IMG/VR virus record: IMGVR_UViG_3300037424_000434
Location: 65,741-129,740 of that record
Source: a virus
DNA: 64,000 nt
Strand: one strand, 5' to 3'
How positions within the stretch are numbered: the first letter of the stretch is position 1; every line of letters starts with the position of its first letter. Below the pieces are notes generated by a model. The model was given only the letters and a program-made list of their open reading frames with translations, was not told where the DNA came from and made no database searches. Of the stretch, positions 53,208 through 63,137 are shown piece by piece. The position numbers and the translations under genes are program-made.

Positions 53208-54067
53208 CTACATACAAAAGAGACTACAAAGAAGAGTTCAACGATTTGGTTGAAAGTGAAGGTTATGTCCTTTTATCTGAGTACAAAAAAGACAAAGAAC
53301 GTGTTGGTATAAAGTGTCCGAATGGTCATATCTATAAAATAAAACCAAATACTTTCAAAAATGGTTGTAGGTGTTCATCTTGTCCTACAAAAAGACAAGT
53401 AAAATCAAAACAAGAATTTTTTGATATGTTATATGTTGATGGTTATGTTATCACAACAGAATACGTTGATGTAAGAACAAGGGTGGGTCTGATGTGTCCA
53501 AAAGGTCACGAATGGACCACTACCCCTCATGGATATAAAAAGGGGTATAGGTGTTCGATATGTGCAGGAAATAATCATAGTTACGCTAAAGACGAATTTT
53601 TAGGGATGATAGAGGAAGAGGGTTATAGTTTAATATCAGATTATATCAACTCAACAACAAGAATAAAAATTAAATGTCCAAATGGACATGAATGGGATGC
53701 AATACCATCCGAATTCAAACATCAATATTTTAGATGTCCTATATGCGCGGGTAGTTCTGGCCAAAGATTATTACAGGAAATGTTATCAGAACATATTGAT
53801 GATGAAGTGGTTTATAATGACCGCAAAATTCTTGGTGGACTTGAGTTGGATATATACTATCCAAAATTGAATATTGCAATAGAATATCAGGGTAATTATT
53901 GGCATTCATTGCCAGAAGTTGTTAAACGAGACGAAAGAAAACGACAATTATGTGGTAATCTTGGTATCAAGTTAATAGAGGTATGGGATACTGATTTTTT
54001 AAACGACAAACAAACTGTTATTAAATATGTTAACGAGGAAAGGTGTTTATGGAACAGGAATTCATAA
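53204..54067 (+). CDS. Zn-ribbon-repeat Vsr-like homing endonuclease between intein B halves
   Basis: Same architecture as 42938 and 50880; overlaps both flanking genes. Confidence 0.85.
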   Translation: MTTYKRDYKEEFNDLVESEGYVLLSEYKKDKERVGIKCPNGHIYKIKPNTFKNGCRCSSCPTKRQVKSKQEFFDMLYVDGYVITTEYVDVRTRVGLMCPKGHEWTTTPHGYKKGYRCSICAGNNHSYAKDEFLGMIEEEGYSLISDYINSTTRIKIKCPNGHEWDAIPSEFKHQYFRCPICAGSSGQRLLQEMLSEHIDDEVVYNDRKILGGLELDIYYPKLNIAIEYQGNYWHSLPEVVKRDERKRQLCGNLGIKLIEVWDTDFLNDKQTVIKYVNEERCLWNRNS

Positions 54068-56073
54068 AGAATAGTAGGTATGAGATATATGGGGAGTCTG
54101 GTTGGGAGAATTTTGATGGTGTTGTTGTTAATACAGGAGACTTTGATATTTATGAAATAAAAACCGATAACCATTCAATAAAATGTACAGATAAGCACAA
54201 AATATATACCAGCGAGGGCGTGAGTACAGCCGATGAGGTGGAAAGGGGTGACATTTTATTTATACAGGGTGGCATTACCGAAGAGGTTATATCAACACAA
54301 TATACAGGCAAACAAAACACTACATACGATATATTCAACAGTGATTCACATAAAGTCCATATAAATCAAATACTTACGTCTAATTGTGACGAATTTGCGT
54401 TTGTTGAGCCGAGCTGGAAAGCAGAAGAATTTTGGGCATCAAACTACCCAACCATTTCAGCCGCAGAGACTTCTAAAATTATTATCATCTCATGTGTTGC
54501 GGGGGATACCTATGTTTACACAGATAATGGCGTAAAACAAATATCCAATATTATCGGTGATAGATGTGTTGGTGGCCATGAAATAGAATCCTATGGGGTA
54601 TTGGGTAAAGATAAGATAAGAGGTGGCCGTTTAATCGTCAATAGCGGTATTACAAAAACCAGAAAAATCATCACAACAAATTCGGAATTGGAGGGCAGTT
54701 TAGACCATAAACTATGGTCATCAAAAGACGGTGTTATTGGTTGGCATAAAATATCTGAACTAAATGAAGGAGATTATGTTTCACTGCAATATGGAATGAA
54801 TGTATGGGGTAATAATGATCATATTGGATATGTATCACAGAAGAGAAGAAATAAACAAGGGAAAAGTTTAAATGTCGAAAATATAACAGAGGATTGGGCA
54901 TATTTATTTGGATTATATATATCAGAGGGGTGTGCTGATAAGTACAGACTCAATATTTCATGTGGCGATGATATATCGGATATTTTTGATAGACTGGGGC
55001 TTTCATATTCATGCAGTGATGGTATGCATTATGTTACAAGCAATCTATCATTAATAGAATTATTAGAGCACGTTGGGTTCGATATAGCTAAAAACGCACC
55101 AGATAAAATAATACCAGACAGATTGATGTGTATGTCAAAAGAAAATATAGCGGCAATGTTGAGTGGGATTTTTGATGGTGATGGCTTTTCTCGAAAGGAC
55201 AAAGGAACCATAGGAATAGGATTGTCTTCAAAAAAACTCGTTCAACAGATACGAGTGTTGTTAATGAACATGGGTATGTTGGGTGAGTGGTATGAGGTGG
55301 AATCAAAACCAACAGATAAGGTCAAAGTCCATTCAATACAACACAGATATCATTTGGATAAATCTTCATCTAAGAAGTTTTATGAAGAAATTGGTTTTAG
55401 ACTAAAAAGAAAACAATTAAATGAGAACATTTTAGGTAAGGTCAATGAACCAAAAAATGACATTATACCATATTCAAAAACTTTTATTGACGGTAAAGGT
55501 ATAGTCAAGGATGTCGAACAAGTTTTGGGTTCATATGTATATAATAGAGGATTGTCTGATAACATTTCAAGAGGATTGATGATTAGGATAAAGGAATCCC
55601 TTGGTGATACATTCAGCGAAGAGATTCATGAATATTTTAACAGGAATGTATCAGAAAACATCAAGTGGTGTAAAATAAAAAGCATAGAAGAATCAAAAAA
55701 TACGGTTTATGATTTCTCATTACCCGATAATATCGATGATGAGTGGTGCCATTCAGTTATATATAATGGATTTATAGGTCATCAGACACCTAACGGTCTG
55801 TATAATAAATTTCATGAAATATACAAAAACGCAGACGAAAAAACCAACTCATTCATAGCAACTCGATATGATTATTCAGCCGTTCCGGGCAGGGATGCTG
55901 AGTGGGCTAAAGTTCAGAGAATGAACCTAGGGCCAATCAAGTTCCAACAGGAATTTGGATGTTTTTTTCAAGATACTGTAATCACTATACAAAATGAAGA
56001 AACAGGTTTAATCGAAAATATTACCATAGGGGAACTAAATAAACGAATGGGGCAAGAGATTGGTCATGAATAG
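54043..56073 (+). CDS. gp17: Split intein B C-fragment + terminase part 3 (with cis intein) + split intein C N-fragment
   Basis: Ends TSN at 54384 then Walker B CDEFAFV; IIIS|intein|TPNG; QQEFG then CFFQDTVIT from 55960. Confidence 0.93.
   Translation: MFMEQEFIKNSRYEIYGESGWENFDGVVVNTGDFDIYEIKTDNHSIKCTDKHKIYTSEGVSTADEVERGDILFIQGGITEEVISTQYTGKQNTTYDIFNSDSHKVHINQILTSNCDEFAFVEPSWKAEEFWASNYPTISAAETSKIIIISCVAGDTYVYTDNGVKQISNIIGDRCVGGHEIESYGVLGKDKIRGGRLIVNSGITKTRKIITTNSELEGSLDHKLWSSKDGVIGWHKISELNEGDYVSLQYGMNVWGNNDHIGYVSQKRRNKQGKSLNVENITEDWAYLFGLYISEGCADKYRLNISCGDDISDIFDRLGLSYSCSDGMHYVTSNLSLIELLEHVGFDIAKNAPDKIIPDRLMCMSKENIAAMLSGIFDGDGFSRKDKGTIGIGLSSKKLVQQIRVLLMNMGMLGEWYEVESKPTDKVKVHSIQHRYHLDKSSSKKFYEEIGFRLKRKQLNENILGKVNEPKNDIIPYSKTFIDGKGIVKDVEQVLGSYVYNRGLSDNISRGLMIRIKESLGDTFSEEIHEYFNRNVSENIKWCKIKSIEESKNTVYDFSLPDNIDDEWCHSVIYNGFIGHQTPNGLYNKFHEIYKNADEKTNSFIATRYDYSAVPGRDAEWAKVQRMNLGPIKFQQEFGCFFQDTVITIQNEETGLIENITIGELNKRMGQEIGHE
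54493..55785 (+). mobile_element. Cis intein with LAGLIDADG endonuclease and C-terminal Gln (431 aa)
   Basis: CVAGDTYV start; YLFGLYISEG, LSGIFDGDG; VYDFSL...GHQ followed by Thr. Confidence 0.92.
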
Positions 56074-57166
56074 CATGACAGAAGTAATTAGCAACACAAA
56101 ATATAAAATTCTAACCCCCACAGGATTTCAATATTTTTCTGCAATACAAAAACTAAAGAAACCAACCATTAGGTTTATATTTGAAGATGATTCTGATTGT
56201 ACCGTGTCCACAGGCCATAAATTCTATATTGATGGTAAAATATTATTGTCTGATGACGTGGTGATTGGTGATAGTCTCTACCACCAAGATAAATGGTATA
56301 CCAAAGTTGTTGGTATAGAGTATTTAGGGGAATCAGATGTATATGATTTAATGGACGTATCCAATGGTAACTTGTATTACGGAAATGGTATTTTGTCTCA
56401 TAATTGTGAGTTTATAGGATCAAGTAACACTGTCATTGATGGAAAAACTCTTGAGAGGCTTATGAAGCACCGTAAAGAGCCCGAGTCGTTGGATATGGGG
56501 GGTAAGCTGCGTATATGGGAGAAACCCAAGCAGGGGGCAACCTACGTCCTTGGAGTGGATACATCCAAGGGTATTGGTGGTGATTCGAGTGTAATTCAGG
56601 TAATAAAGATATTAGGTGTCAATCCAATCCAAATGCGACAGGTGGCGGTGTGGGAAGATAAATTTACAGATGTTTACAAATTTGCCGAAGTTGTCAATAA
56701 AATGTCGTATTATTATAATGATGGATATTTGATGGTTGAGAATAACGCCGAGGGGTCAGTAGTTGTTCAGAGACTGTGGTGGGAATACGAGAACCAAAAT
56801 TTGATAAATACAGGTGGTAAAGTCAAAGACCTTGGTATTCGCGCTACAGGTAGCACCAAACCTCGGGCCGTTCTTCTCATGAAGAAAGTTCTTGAAGACA
56901 GAATGATCGAAATATATGACGAAAGAACTGTTGCCCAGATATCAGACTTTCAAGACTTGGGTGGCAATAAGTTTGGTGGCGTTAATATAAACGACGATTT
57001 GGTTACCTCTTTGTATTGGGCTATATATGTCATTGAGATGCAAGTATTCGACGAGTCATTTACTTTTTCGGAAGAACAGGACGAGGAAGATGATTTCTGG
57101 GGGGATTTTTTGAGCGACTGGGAAGACGAGGCCCGCGAGGTTGATTGGTCATGGCTTCATGATTAA
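56060..57166 (+). CDS. gp17: Split intein C C-fragment + terminase part 4 (nuclease domain)
   Basis: KILTPTGF..F..IQK, VYDL..V...NLYY.NGILSHN at 56404, then CEFIGSS; GVDTSKG.GGD.S, VENN..G, DDLV. Confidence 0.93.
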   Translation: MVMNSMTEVISNTKYKILTPTGFQYFSAIQKLKKPTIRFIFEDDSDCTVSTGHKFYIDGKILLSDDVVIGDSLYHQDKWYTKVVGIEYLGESDVYDLMDVSNGNLYYGNGILSHNCEFIGSSNTVIDGKTLERLMKHRKEPESLDMGGKLRIWEKPKQGATYVLGVDTSKGIGGDSSVIQVIKILGVNPIQMRQVAVWEDKFTDVYKFAEVVNKMSYYYNDGYLMVENNAEGSVVVQRLWWEYENQNLINTGGKVKDLGIRATGSTKPRAVLLMKKVLEDRMIEIYDERTVAQISDFQDLGGNKFGGVNINDDLVTSLYWAIYVIEMQVFDESFTFSEEQDEEDDFWGDFLSDWEDEAREVDWSWLHD

Positions 57167-57193
57167 TGATAAATAATAACAGAGGAATTGGAA

Positions 57194-57499
57194 ATGAAAT
57201 TTAAGGATTTTTTGAAAGAAGGCGTCTATAAAACAGATAACTGGAATCTCGAAGACATTACTTTCCGGTTGGAACAGGCCCGCGCTCAGCTCAAATTCAT
57301 TGAAGCCGAAATGAAGGTTCTTTCAAAAAAACCTATACCTCCCGGTGACATGAACAAGAAATTGGCGTGGGATAATAAAACAGAGGCACTTGAGGCCAGA
57401 TATGAAGCAACAAGAACAAAAATCAAAAACTTCTCAGAAAAGTTGGCTAGACACCAAGAGAAAATGAGGGGTGGTTCTGACCGGAGGGCGAGTCACTAA
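57194..57499 (+). CDS. Putative internal head protein
   Basis: MKFKDFLKE|G closely matches the T4 capsid-targeting sequence; GATAAATA at 57168. Confidence 0.65.
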   Translation: MKFKDFLKEGVYKTDNWNLEDITFRLEQARAQLKFIEAEMKVLSKKPIPPGDMNKKLAWDNKTEALEARYEATRTKIKNFSEKLARHQEKMRGGSDRRASH

Positions 57500-59244
57500 T
57501 GGGAATTTCACGTAGTCAACTTATAGGCAAAGTTCGCAGACGTTTAGGTGAGCCTATGGTGAAGGTCGAGCTTTGTGATGTGCAAATTATCGATCATATT
57601 AATTATGCCCGCCAGAAGTGGCTGAAATGGGCGACCAGTAATGCCACACAGGACGTATATTTTACTGTTCTGCTTCAGGCAGGGAAAAAGTTTTATGATC
57701 TTCCTGCGGGTATTCTTGATGTTATTGCTTATGATGATGAACCTATACAGTCAGGTGGAATCAATACTCTATTCACAATAGACAATATGATGTTCTCAAG
57801 TGGGTTTTATGGGAACATGTTTTGGGGTGGATATGATTTAGTGAGTTATCATTTGGTTCAGGATTTCATGAAGACCATGAGAAAATACCGTGCAACCCCA
57901 TATAATTGGAGATACCATAAATCAACAAATCAATTGGAGATCAATCCGACTCCCGGCACAAGCAATGGATTATTGGATGTGCAGTGGACAAATCCCAGCA
58001 CAGGTATAGTTGATACAGTGGCTGTTGATTCTCCGGGATGGATTATGCTCCGTTGTTTTACTGCATCAGGGGCTACTCTCCCTAATTATTCTCCCGCATG
58101 GAGTGATGTGCTTAAGGAAAAAAAGGTTATAGTCGAATCCATCACAGTATCAGCACAAGACGTGGTTAACAAATATGTTACATTAAAACATACTCCAGCA
58201 CCATGCCCAAGTGATACCACTGATTATAATATAATAGAAGATACGAGTGTTTCTGTTGGTGGTCTCACTAGAACAAAAACCATAGAATGGGATTTTTATA
58301 CAAAAAATCTTCGGGTTATCACATGGGATGGGTTTACTCTTGATGGTGAAATTTCTGCGGGTGATATAATCAATGTCAAATATCCCGTAATATTTCAATC
58401 ACAACTATACCAAGACGAGGATTGGACGAGTGTTTCTGAAACGTGTGTTGAAACAGAACACTATCAATTATATCCAAATGATATTGTCGCAAAGGAAATC
58501 ACCTTGCAGCGTACTGTTTGGGAAGATAATATAAGAGTCTCTGTCGGAAAAGTTGATCATGTATATTCTGTTGATTATATAGTAAACCCTTATGACAAAA
58601 AAACTATATCATGGGCAGATCTTGGACTAGAAAATATTGTTGTCGAGGGTGATATTATAGAGATAACATATGTTCATGCTACAGGAACGGTCATAACAGA
58701 TCCGTCATATACTGGCGGGCAGTCAATGATAAAACAATATGTCACAAAAATAGAAAATCTCACAGTATCCGCTCAGAATGTTATTGATGGGTATTTGACC
58801 GTTCTTGATGATACTGTTGCGGTGGGAGATGGGGTTAAACTTTCTATCGGCGGGATGAGCAAAGTCTACAACAAAGACTACACAATAGTTAACGATGAAA
58901 TAAACAACAAGTTCACTGTTAGGTGGGTTGGATATGCCATGGCACCCCTTGTCGCAGAAAATGATTCTATAATCATGACATACACTTCATCTGTTCCCAT
59001 TATGTCAGAGCTTGATGAGTCACTGTACGACGAAGATTGGATTTTTGATTATGTAACAGCGATGTCTAAGATATCTCTAGGGTTGATTAGACGTAAATTT
59101 TCTAATTTTAGTTCTTTGGGAAATCAAGGAATTACAATGGATGGTGATTCACTGGTGAGCGAGGGAAACACAGAAAAAGAGTATCTGGAACAGACCCTTA
59201 GAGACGAAGAACCTTTCGAGGGGTATGGGATTGAACTTGCTTGA
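57499..59244 (+). CDS. gp13: Neck protein, T4 gp13-like, with inserted repeats
   Basis: RRLG.P.VKVEL...QI.D.I..A; W..DY..A..K..LG..R.KF; G.T.DG..L..EG. Confidence 0.88.
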   Translation: MGISRSQLIGKVRRRLGEPMVKVELCDVQIIDHINYARQKWLKWATSNATQDVYFTVLLQAGKKFYDLPAGILDVIAYDDEPIQSGGINTLFTIDNMMFSSGFYGNMFWGGYDLVSYHLVQDFMKTMRKYRATPYNWRYHKSTNQLEINPTPGTSNGLLDVQWTNPSTGIVDTVAVDSPGWIMLRCFTASGATLPNYSPAWSDVLKEKKVIVESITVSAQDVVNKYVTLKHTPAPCPSDTTDYNIIEDTSVSVGGLTRTKTIEWDFYTKNLRVITWDGFTLDGEISAGDIINVKYPVIFQSQLYQDEDWTSVSETCVETEHYQLYPNDIVAKEITLQRTVWEDNIRVSVGKVDHVYSVDYIVNPYDKKTISWADLGLENIVVEGDIIEITYVHATGTVITDPSYTGGQSMIKQYVTKIENLTVSAQNVIDGYLTVLDDTVAVGDGVKLSIGGMSKVYNKDYTIVNDEINNKFTVRWVGYAMAPLVAENDSIIMTYTSSVPIMSELDESLYDEDWIFDYVTAMSKISLGLIRRKFSNFSSLGNQGITMDGDSLVSEGNTEKEYLEQTLRDEEPFEGYGIELA

Positions 59245-59308
59245 TATGGCCCTCCAATAAAAGAGCACAGGATTTGGATAGTAATAGATCGGGTAGAGGA
59301 GTTATGAC

Positions 59309-59542
59309 ATGACACAATTAGATCCCAAATGGATAAAATTAGACGACACCAAACTTGCGTTGTTTGATAACAATGGGGTTAACGAACTTTCACTGAAAGA
59401 TGATATTATTCTTGCTGGTATTAACGTTGAGTTGGTTAACAGTGGCAAAATACAGGTCAGATATCTATCAGAAGGTGCCCCCACAGAAGATGTCAGGGAC
59501 ATGTCCAGAGACTTCTGGATTCAAGTGCCCGATCAAGTATAA
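59309..59542 (+). CDS. Small probable virion protein
   Basis: ORF between gp13 and gp14 with GAGGAG RBS. Confidence 0.6.
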   Translation: MTQLDPKWIKLDDTKLALFDNNGVNELSLKDDIILAGINVELVNSGKIQVRYLSEGAPTEDVRDMSRDFWIQVPDQV

Positions 59543-59552
59543 GGAGTGTTGA

Positions 59553-60986
59553 ATGGCTATTAGTTGTCCACCAAATTGCATTAAAGGCACACCTCTCTGG
59601 AGTCTGTATGATGTAACAGACACCAATCCAGAGTTTTGTCTTTTTGATTCTGTGATAGGTGAGTATACTGATATTGCCGGTTTCCCTGTATTATATTATA
59701 GAGCAAAATCCAAGCTAGACAGGCTGTACGGGGAAGATGCCAATCAAGATTTTTATGAGCCCCAGAAAACCAAATTATACTATCAACCAACAGAAGAGCC
59801 AAACATTATAGACGGTATGGGTATTCGATCTGATGAGACCCTGCAATACTCGTTATTGCCCAAATCAACCTTTTCAAGGGACATTGGGGGTTCGGTCTCG
59901 GGTGTACCAGCGTCAATTAATAATGCTTACGGTGGGACCAGTTACTCTACAAGACAATCAGTGTTAACAACAGGTGGGAGCGGAACAGGTCTACGTGTTG
60001 ATATTGTCACTGGAAGTGGAACCATAACCAAGATAACAATCAATGCATATAATCCCGGTAGTGGATATATGGTTGGGGATACTATATCAATAGTCGGTGG
60101 GGATTCAAACTCTACATTTGACATTGCTAGCGTAAAGACCGTGGATATTGGGCCTATGCCCGGTGATGTTATAAAAACATTGTGGAACAATAGAAATTAT
60201 GAAGTGGTTGATATCGGCGCAGAACAATCCATTTTTATGGGCAGAAAATTAATATGGGAATTTATTCTTAGACCATTTAGATTCAGCGAACAATCACTTA
60301 AAGCAGAAGAGATTTACCGCAGCAAGGTTACTTGGAACATGGTTTATATATATCCTGATGGACTTACTGCTGATGTAACGTATGCAGACGGTACGGAAGT
60401 ATTGGGCGTTCCTTTCGATGAGTTGGGTATAGACGCAAGTGAACTTGCATGTGGATCAACATATCACAGAAATTCAGATGGCAGCTTCGACATAATGACT
60501 CCTTCGGTTGATGTTGAAGAAGACTATTTCCCACACCCTACATATGAACTGACAGCCAAGCCAGTGGAGGACAAACTTATAACATCATTTGGAGATAATG
60601 AATTCGTGGAAACAGAATCAAACAGAATTGATGGATACGATAATATAGACGATATAATGTTTAGCTATGCCAACTCCACACCTGTTGTGTATGGTACATC
60701 TGTTAATGCGGTTATAACACAAACTGATATAAATGGTTTCTCTCAATTCAACTCAATTGAAGGAGAGAAATACACCCTTGAGTTCATATTGGATGCTAGT
60801 TATCTTTATATAGTTACTCCAGTATCTGTTAATTTGTATGAATATATAATCAATGGTCTTGCAGTGGTATTCGAAGAAACAACAGATAACTTTTTGTTTG
60901 ATGGAGAGGCCTATACTTGTACAATACACAAGTCTCAATATAAAATAAACGGTAGAGTCGTTCTAGATTTGATACCGGTAGGGTAA
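59553..60986 (+). CDS. gp14: Neck protein, T4 gp14-like, with inserted and extra domains
   Basis: E...I.G..V.Y....D.LYGED...F; P.PGD.I; YEV; F.FSEQ. Confidence 0.8.
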   Translation: MAISCPPNCIKGTPLWSLYDVTDTNPEFCLFDSVIGEYTDIAGFPVLYYRAKSKLDRLYGEDANQDFYEPQKTKLYYQPTEEPNIIDGMGIRSDETLQYSLLPKSTFSRDIGGSVSGVPASINNAYGGTSYSTRQSVLTTGGSGTGLRVDIVTGSGTITKITINAYNPGSGYMVGDTISIVGGDSNSTFDIASVKTVDIGPMPGDVIKTLWNNRNYEVVDIGAEQSIFMGRKLIWEFILRPFRFSEQSLKAEEIYRSKVTWNMVYIYPDGLTADVTYADGTEVLGVPFDELGIDASELACGSTYHRNSDGSFDIMTPSVDVEEDYFPHPTYELTAKPVEDKLITSFGDNEFVETESNRIDGYDNIDDIMFSYANSTPVVYGTSVNAVITQTDINGFSQFNSIEGEKYTLEFILDASYLYIVTPVSVNLYEYIINGLAVVFEETTDNFLFDGEAYTCTIHKSQYKINGRVVLDLIPVG

Positions 60987-60988
60987 AT

Positions 60989-61429
60989 ATGGCCAACTTA
61001 ATAGGAACCAGAGTAGTTCAGCCAATAGTACCCAATAATTCAGCAGATACTTATCCTACACATTACGATGAGTATGGAAAAGGTGGGTATCAGAGTGTAG
61101 ACACTTTATATGACAGAGACAATATACCAATAGATCGACAGAAACTGGGTATGGGTGTATTCGTTAATGCCACCCAAAAATTGTACATACTTATTTCCAA
61201 ATCAGAAACATTATCAGATTTAAATTGGTTTATTTTTGTTAGTAGTAGCGGTACCGGTATTATTATATCAGAAACCGAGCCACTAAATCCAGAAATAGGG
61301 GCACTATGGCTCAACTCTTTGACAAACGATATGTCATTGTATATTGGTGGATCATGGGTTCTGTTTGTATACAAAAGCACTATGGCATCCGATACAGGAG
61401 ATCTAGTGTTGAATGGTGGATACTTTTAA
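60989..61429 (+). CDS. Virion accessory protein
   Basis: DTYPTH..YGKGG..V.....RD.IP..R..GM.V.V; P..P..G.LW motif. Confidence 0.65.
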   Translation: MANLIGTRVVQPIVPNNSADTYPTHYDEYGKGGYQSVDTLYDRDNIPIDRQKLGMGVFVNATQKLYILISKSETLSDLNWFIFVSSSGTGIIISETEPLNPEIGALWLNSLTNDMSLYIGGSWVLFVYKSTMASDTGDLVLNGGYF

Positions 61430-61474
61430 TAAATATAATTAATGAAATGTGATGTGATGTAAAGGGAAAAATGA

Positions 61475-63025
61475 ATGGCTAATACTATTAAAATCAAAAG
61501 ATCGTTGGTTACTGCTTCTCCGGCAACTCTGGCAGAAGGCGAACTAGCATATTCAGAAGTATCCGGAACTTTGTTTATCGGTACAAGTGGTGATAATATA
61601 GCCGCTATAGGCGGAACCGGGGCTTTAGGAACATCATTTAATACCATATCAGTTTCGGGTCAAAATGATGTGGTTGCTGACACGTCCTCTGACACCCTGA
61701 CCCTTATAGCCGGAACAAATGTCACCATTGCAACAAACGCCACAACCGATACTATAACAATATCATCAACTGATACAACATATACTGCGGGGACCGGTAT
61801 TACATTGACAGCGGGGCAGTTTGATGTAGATCTGTCAGAACTGTCAATCTCTGTTACTGATGCTGATGGCGCATTTTTTGTGGTGGTCGATTCTATAGGG
61901 GATCAACGTAGATTAACAAAGGCTAATGTAAATTTAACAGGATTTAATAATGATGGTGGATGGACTTCCAACACAGGAACCGTTACATCTATCGCTGCGG
62001 GTAATGGTCTTGATTTTACCACAATTACCACTTCTGGATCAATAACACTGGGAACCCCAAGCACCGTATCAGATATCACTACCAACTCATTGTCGTTGAA
62101 CAGTCACACTCACGCTGTTGCCGGGTTTGTACCGTCATCATATCTTGATACAGATGTAACTCTTGCGGCCAACTCTGATACCAAAGTTGCCACTCAAAAA
62201 GCAATCAAAACATATACCGATAACATAATTGCCGCTGCTAATGCAACGATATATAAAGGGGCTATTGACTGTTCCACAAATCCAGATTATCCAGCCGCTG
62301 ATGCTGGTTGGTTATATAGAGTTTCGGTTGCCGGTAAGATAGGTGGGGCTAGTGGTATCAATGTGCAATCAGGCGATATGCTTATTTGTTTGGTTGATGC
62401 TACAGTATCAGGAGATCAAGCAACAGTTGGGGCTAACTGGAATATTATTCAGGCGAACATTGACGGGGCTGTTATCGGACCCGCTTCGGCTCAAGACAAC
62501 TTTGTAGTCTTTTTTGATGGTGTATCAGGTAAATTAGTAAAAGATAATAACATACAATTAACGGGATCTAATACCGGCGATGTTACTATACCGACACCTA
62601 AATATTTTACTATTGTGGATCAGGTGATAACACAAAACACGGTTGCCGCTATATATGGTGGTACCGGTATGACATCATATGTTATTGGTGATATCCTATA
62701 TGCAAGTTCGGCCACAGCATTAAGTAAACTGGCTGATGTGGCAGTAGGTAACGTTCTTATTTCCGGGGGTATAGGGGTTGCCCCCTCATATGGGAAGGTC
62801 GGGTTGGCGACCCATGTTTCCGGGACTCTGGGAGTAGGTAACGGGGGTACTGGTGCGGTATCATTTACCACAAATGGCGTGTTATATGGGAATAGCACAA
62901 GTGCTTTACAGGTAACCGTTGCCGGTAGTCAATGGGATGCCACTTATTTGGTGGGAGAAATTCTTTCCATAAATTCTTCTGGTACTCCTACATGGACAAA
63001 TATTATTGATGGTGGGGGATTCTGA
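61475..63025 (+). CDS. Tail fibre protein
   Basis: MANTIKIKRS..P..L..GELA..LFIG N-terminus; GGTG repeats; IDGG.F end. Confidence 0.85.
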   Translation: MANTIKIKRSLVTASPATLAEGELAYSEVSGTLFIGTSGDNIAAIGGTGALGTSFNTISVSGQNDVVADTSSDTLTLIAGTNVTIATNATTDTITISSTDTTYTAGTGITLTAGQFDVDLSELSISVTDADGAFFVVVDSIGDQRRLTKANVNLTGFNNDGGWTSNTGTVTSIAAGNGLDFTTITTSGSITLGTPSTVSDITTNSLSLNSHTHAVAGFVPSSYLDTDVTLAANSDTKVATQKAIKTYTDNIIAAANATIYKGAIDCSTNPDYPAADAGWLYRVSVAGKIGGASGINVQSGDMLICLVDATVSGDQATVGANWNIIQANIDGAVIGPASAQDNFVVFFDGVSGKLVKDNNIQLTGSNTGDVTIPTPKYFTIVDQVITQNTVAAIYGGTGMTSYVIGDILYASSATALSKLADVAVGNVLISGGIGVAPSYGKVGLATHVSGTLGVGNGGTGAVSFTTNGVLYGNSTSALQVTVAGSQWDATYLVGEILSINSSGTPTWTNIIDGGGF

Positions 63026-63137
63026 TATAGAAATAATATTTCAGGCTGTTATGTACCCTCTTGGTATTTGCCAAGGGGGTATTTTTGTATAAATATAATT
63101 ATAATCCTGTCTATATAGACAAAAAGGGGAAAGCCAT

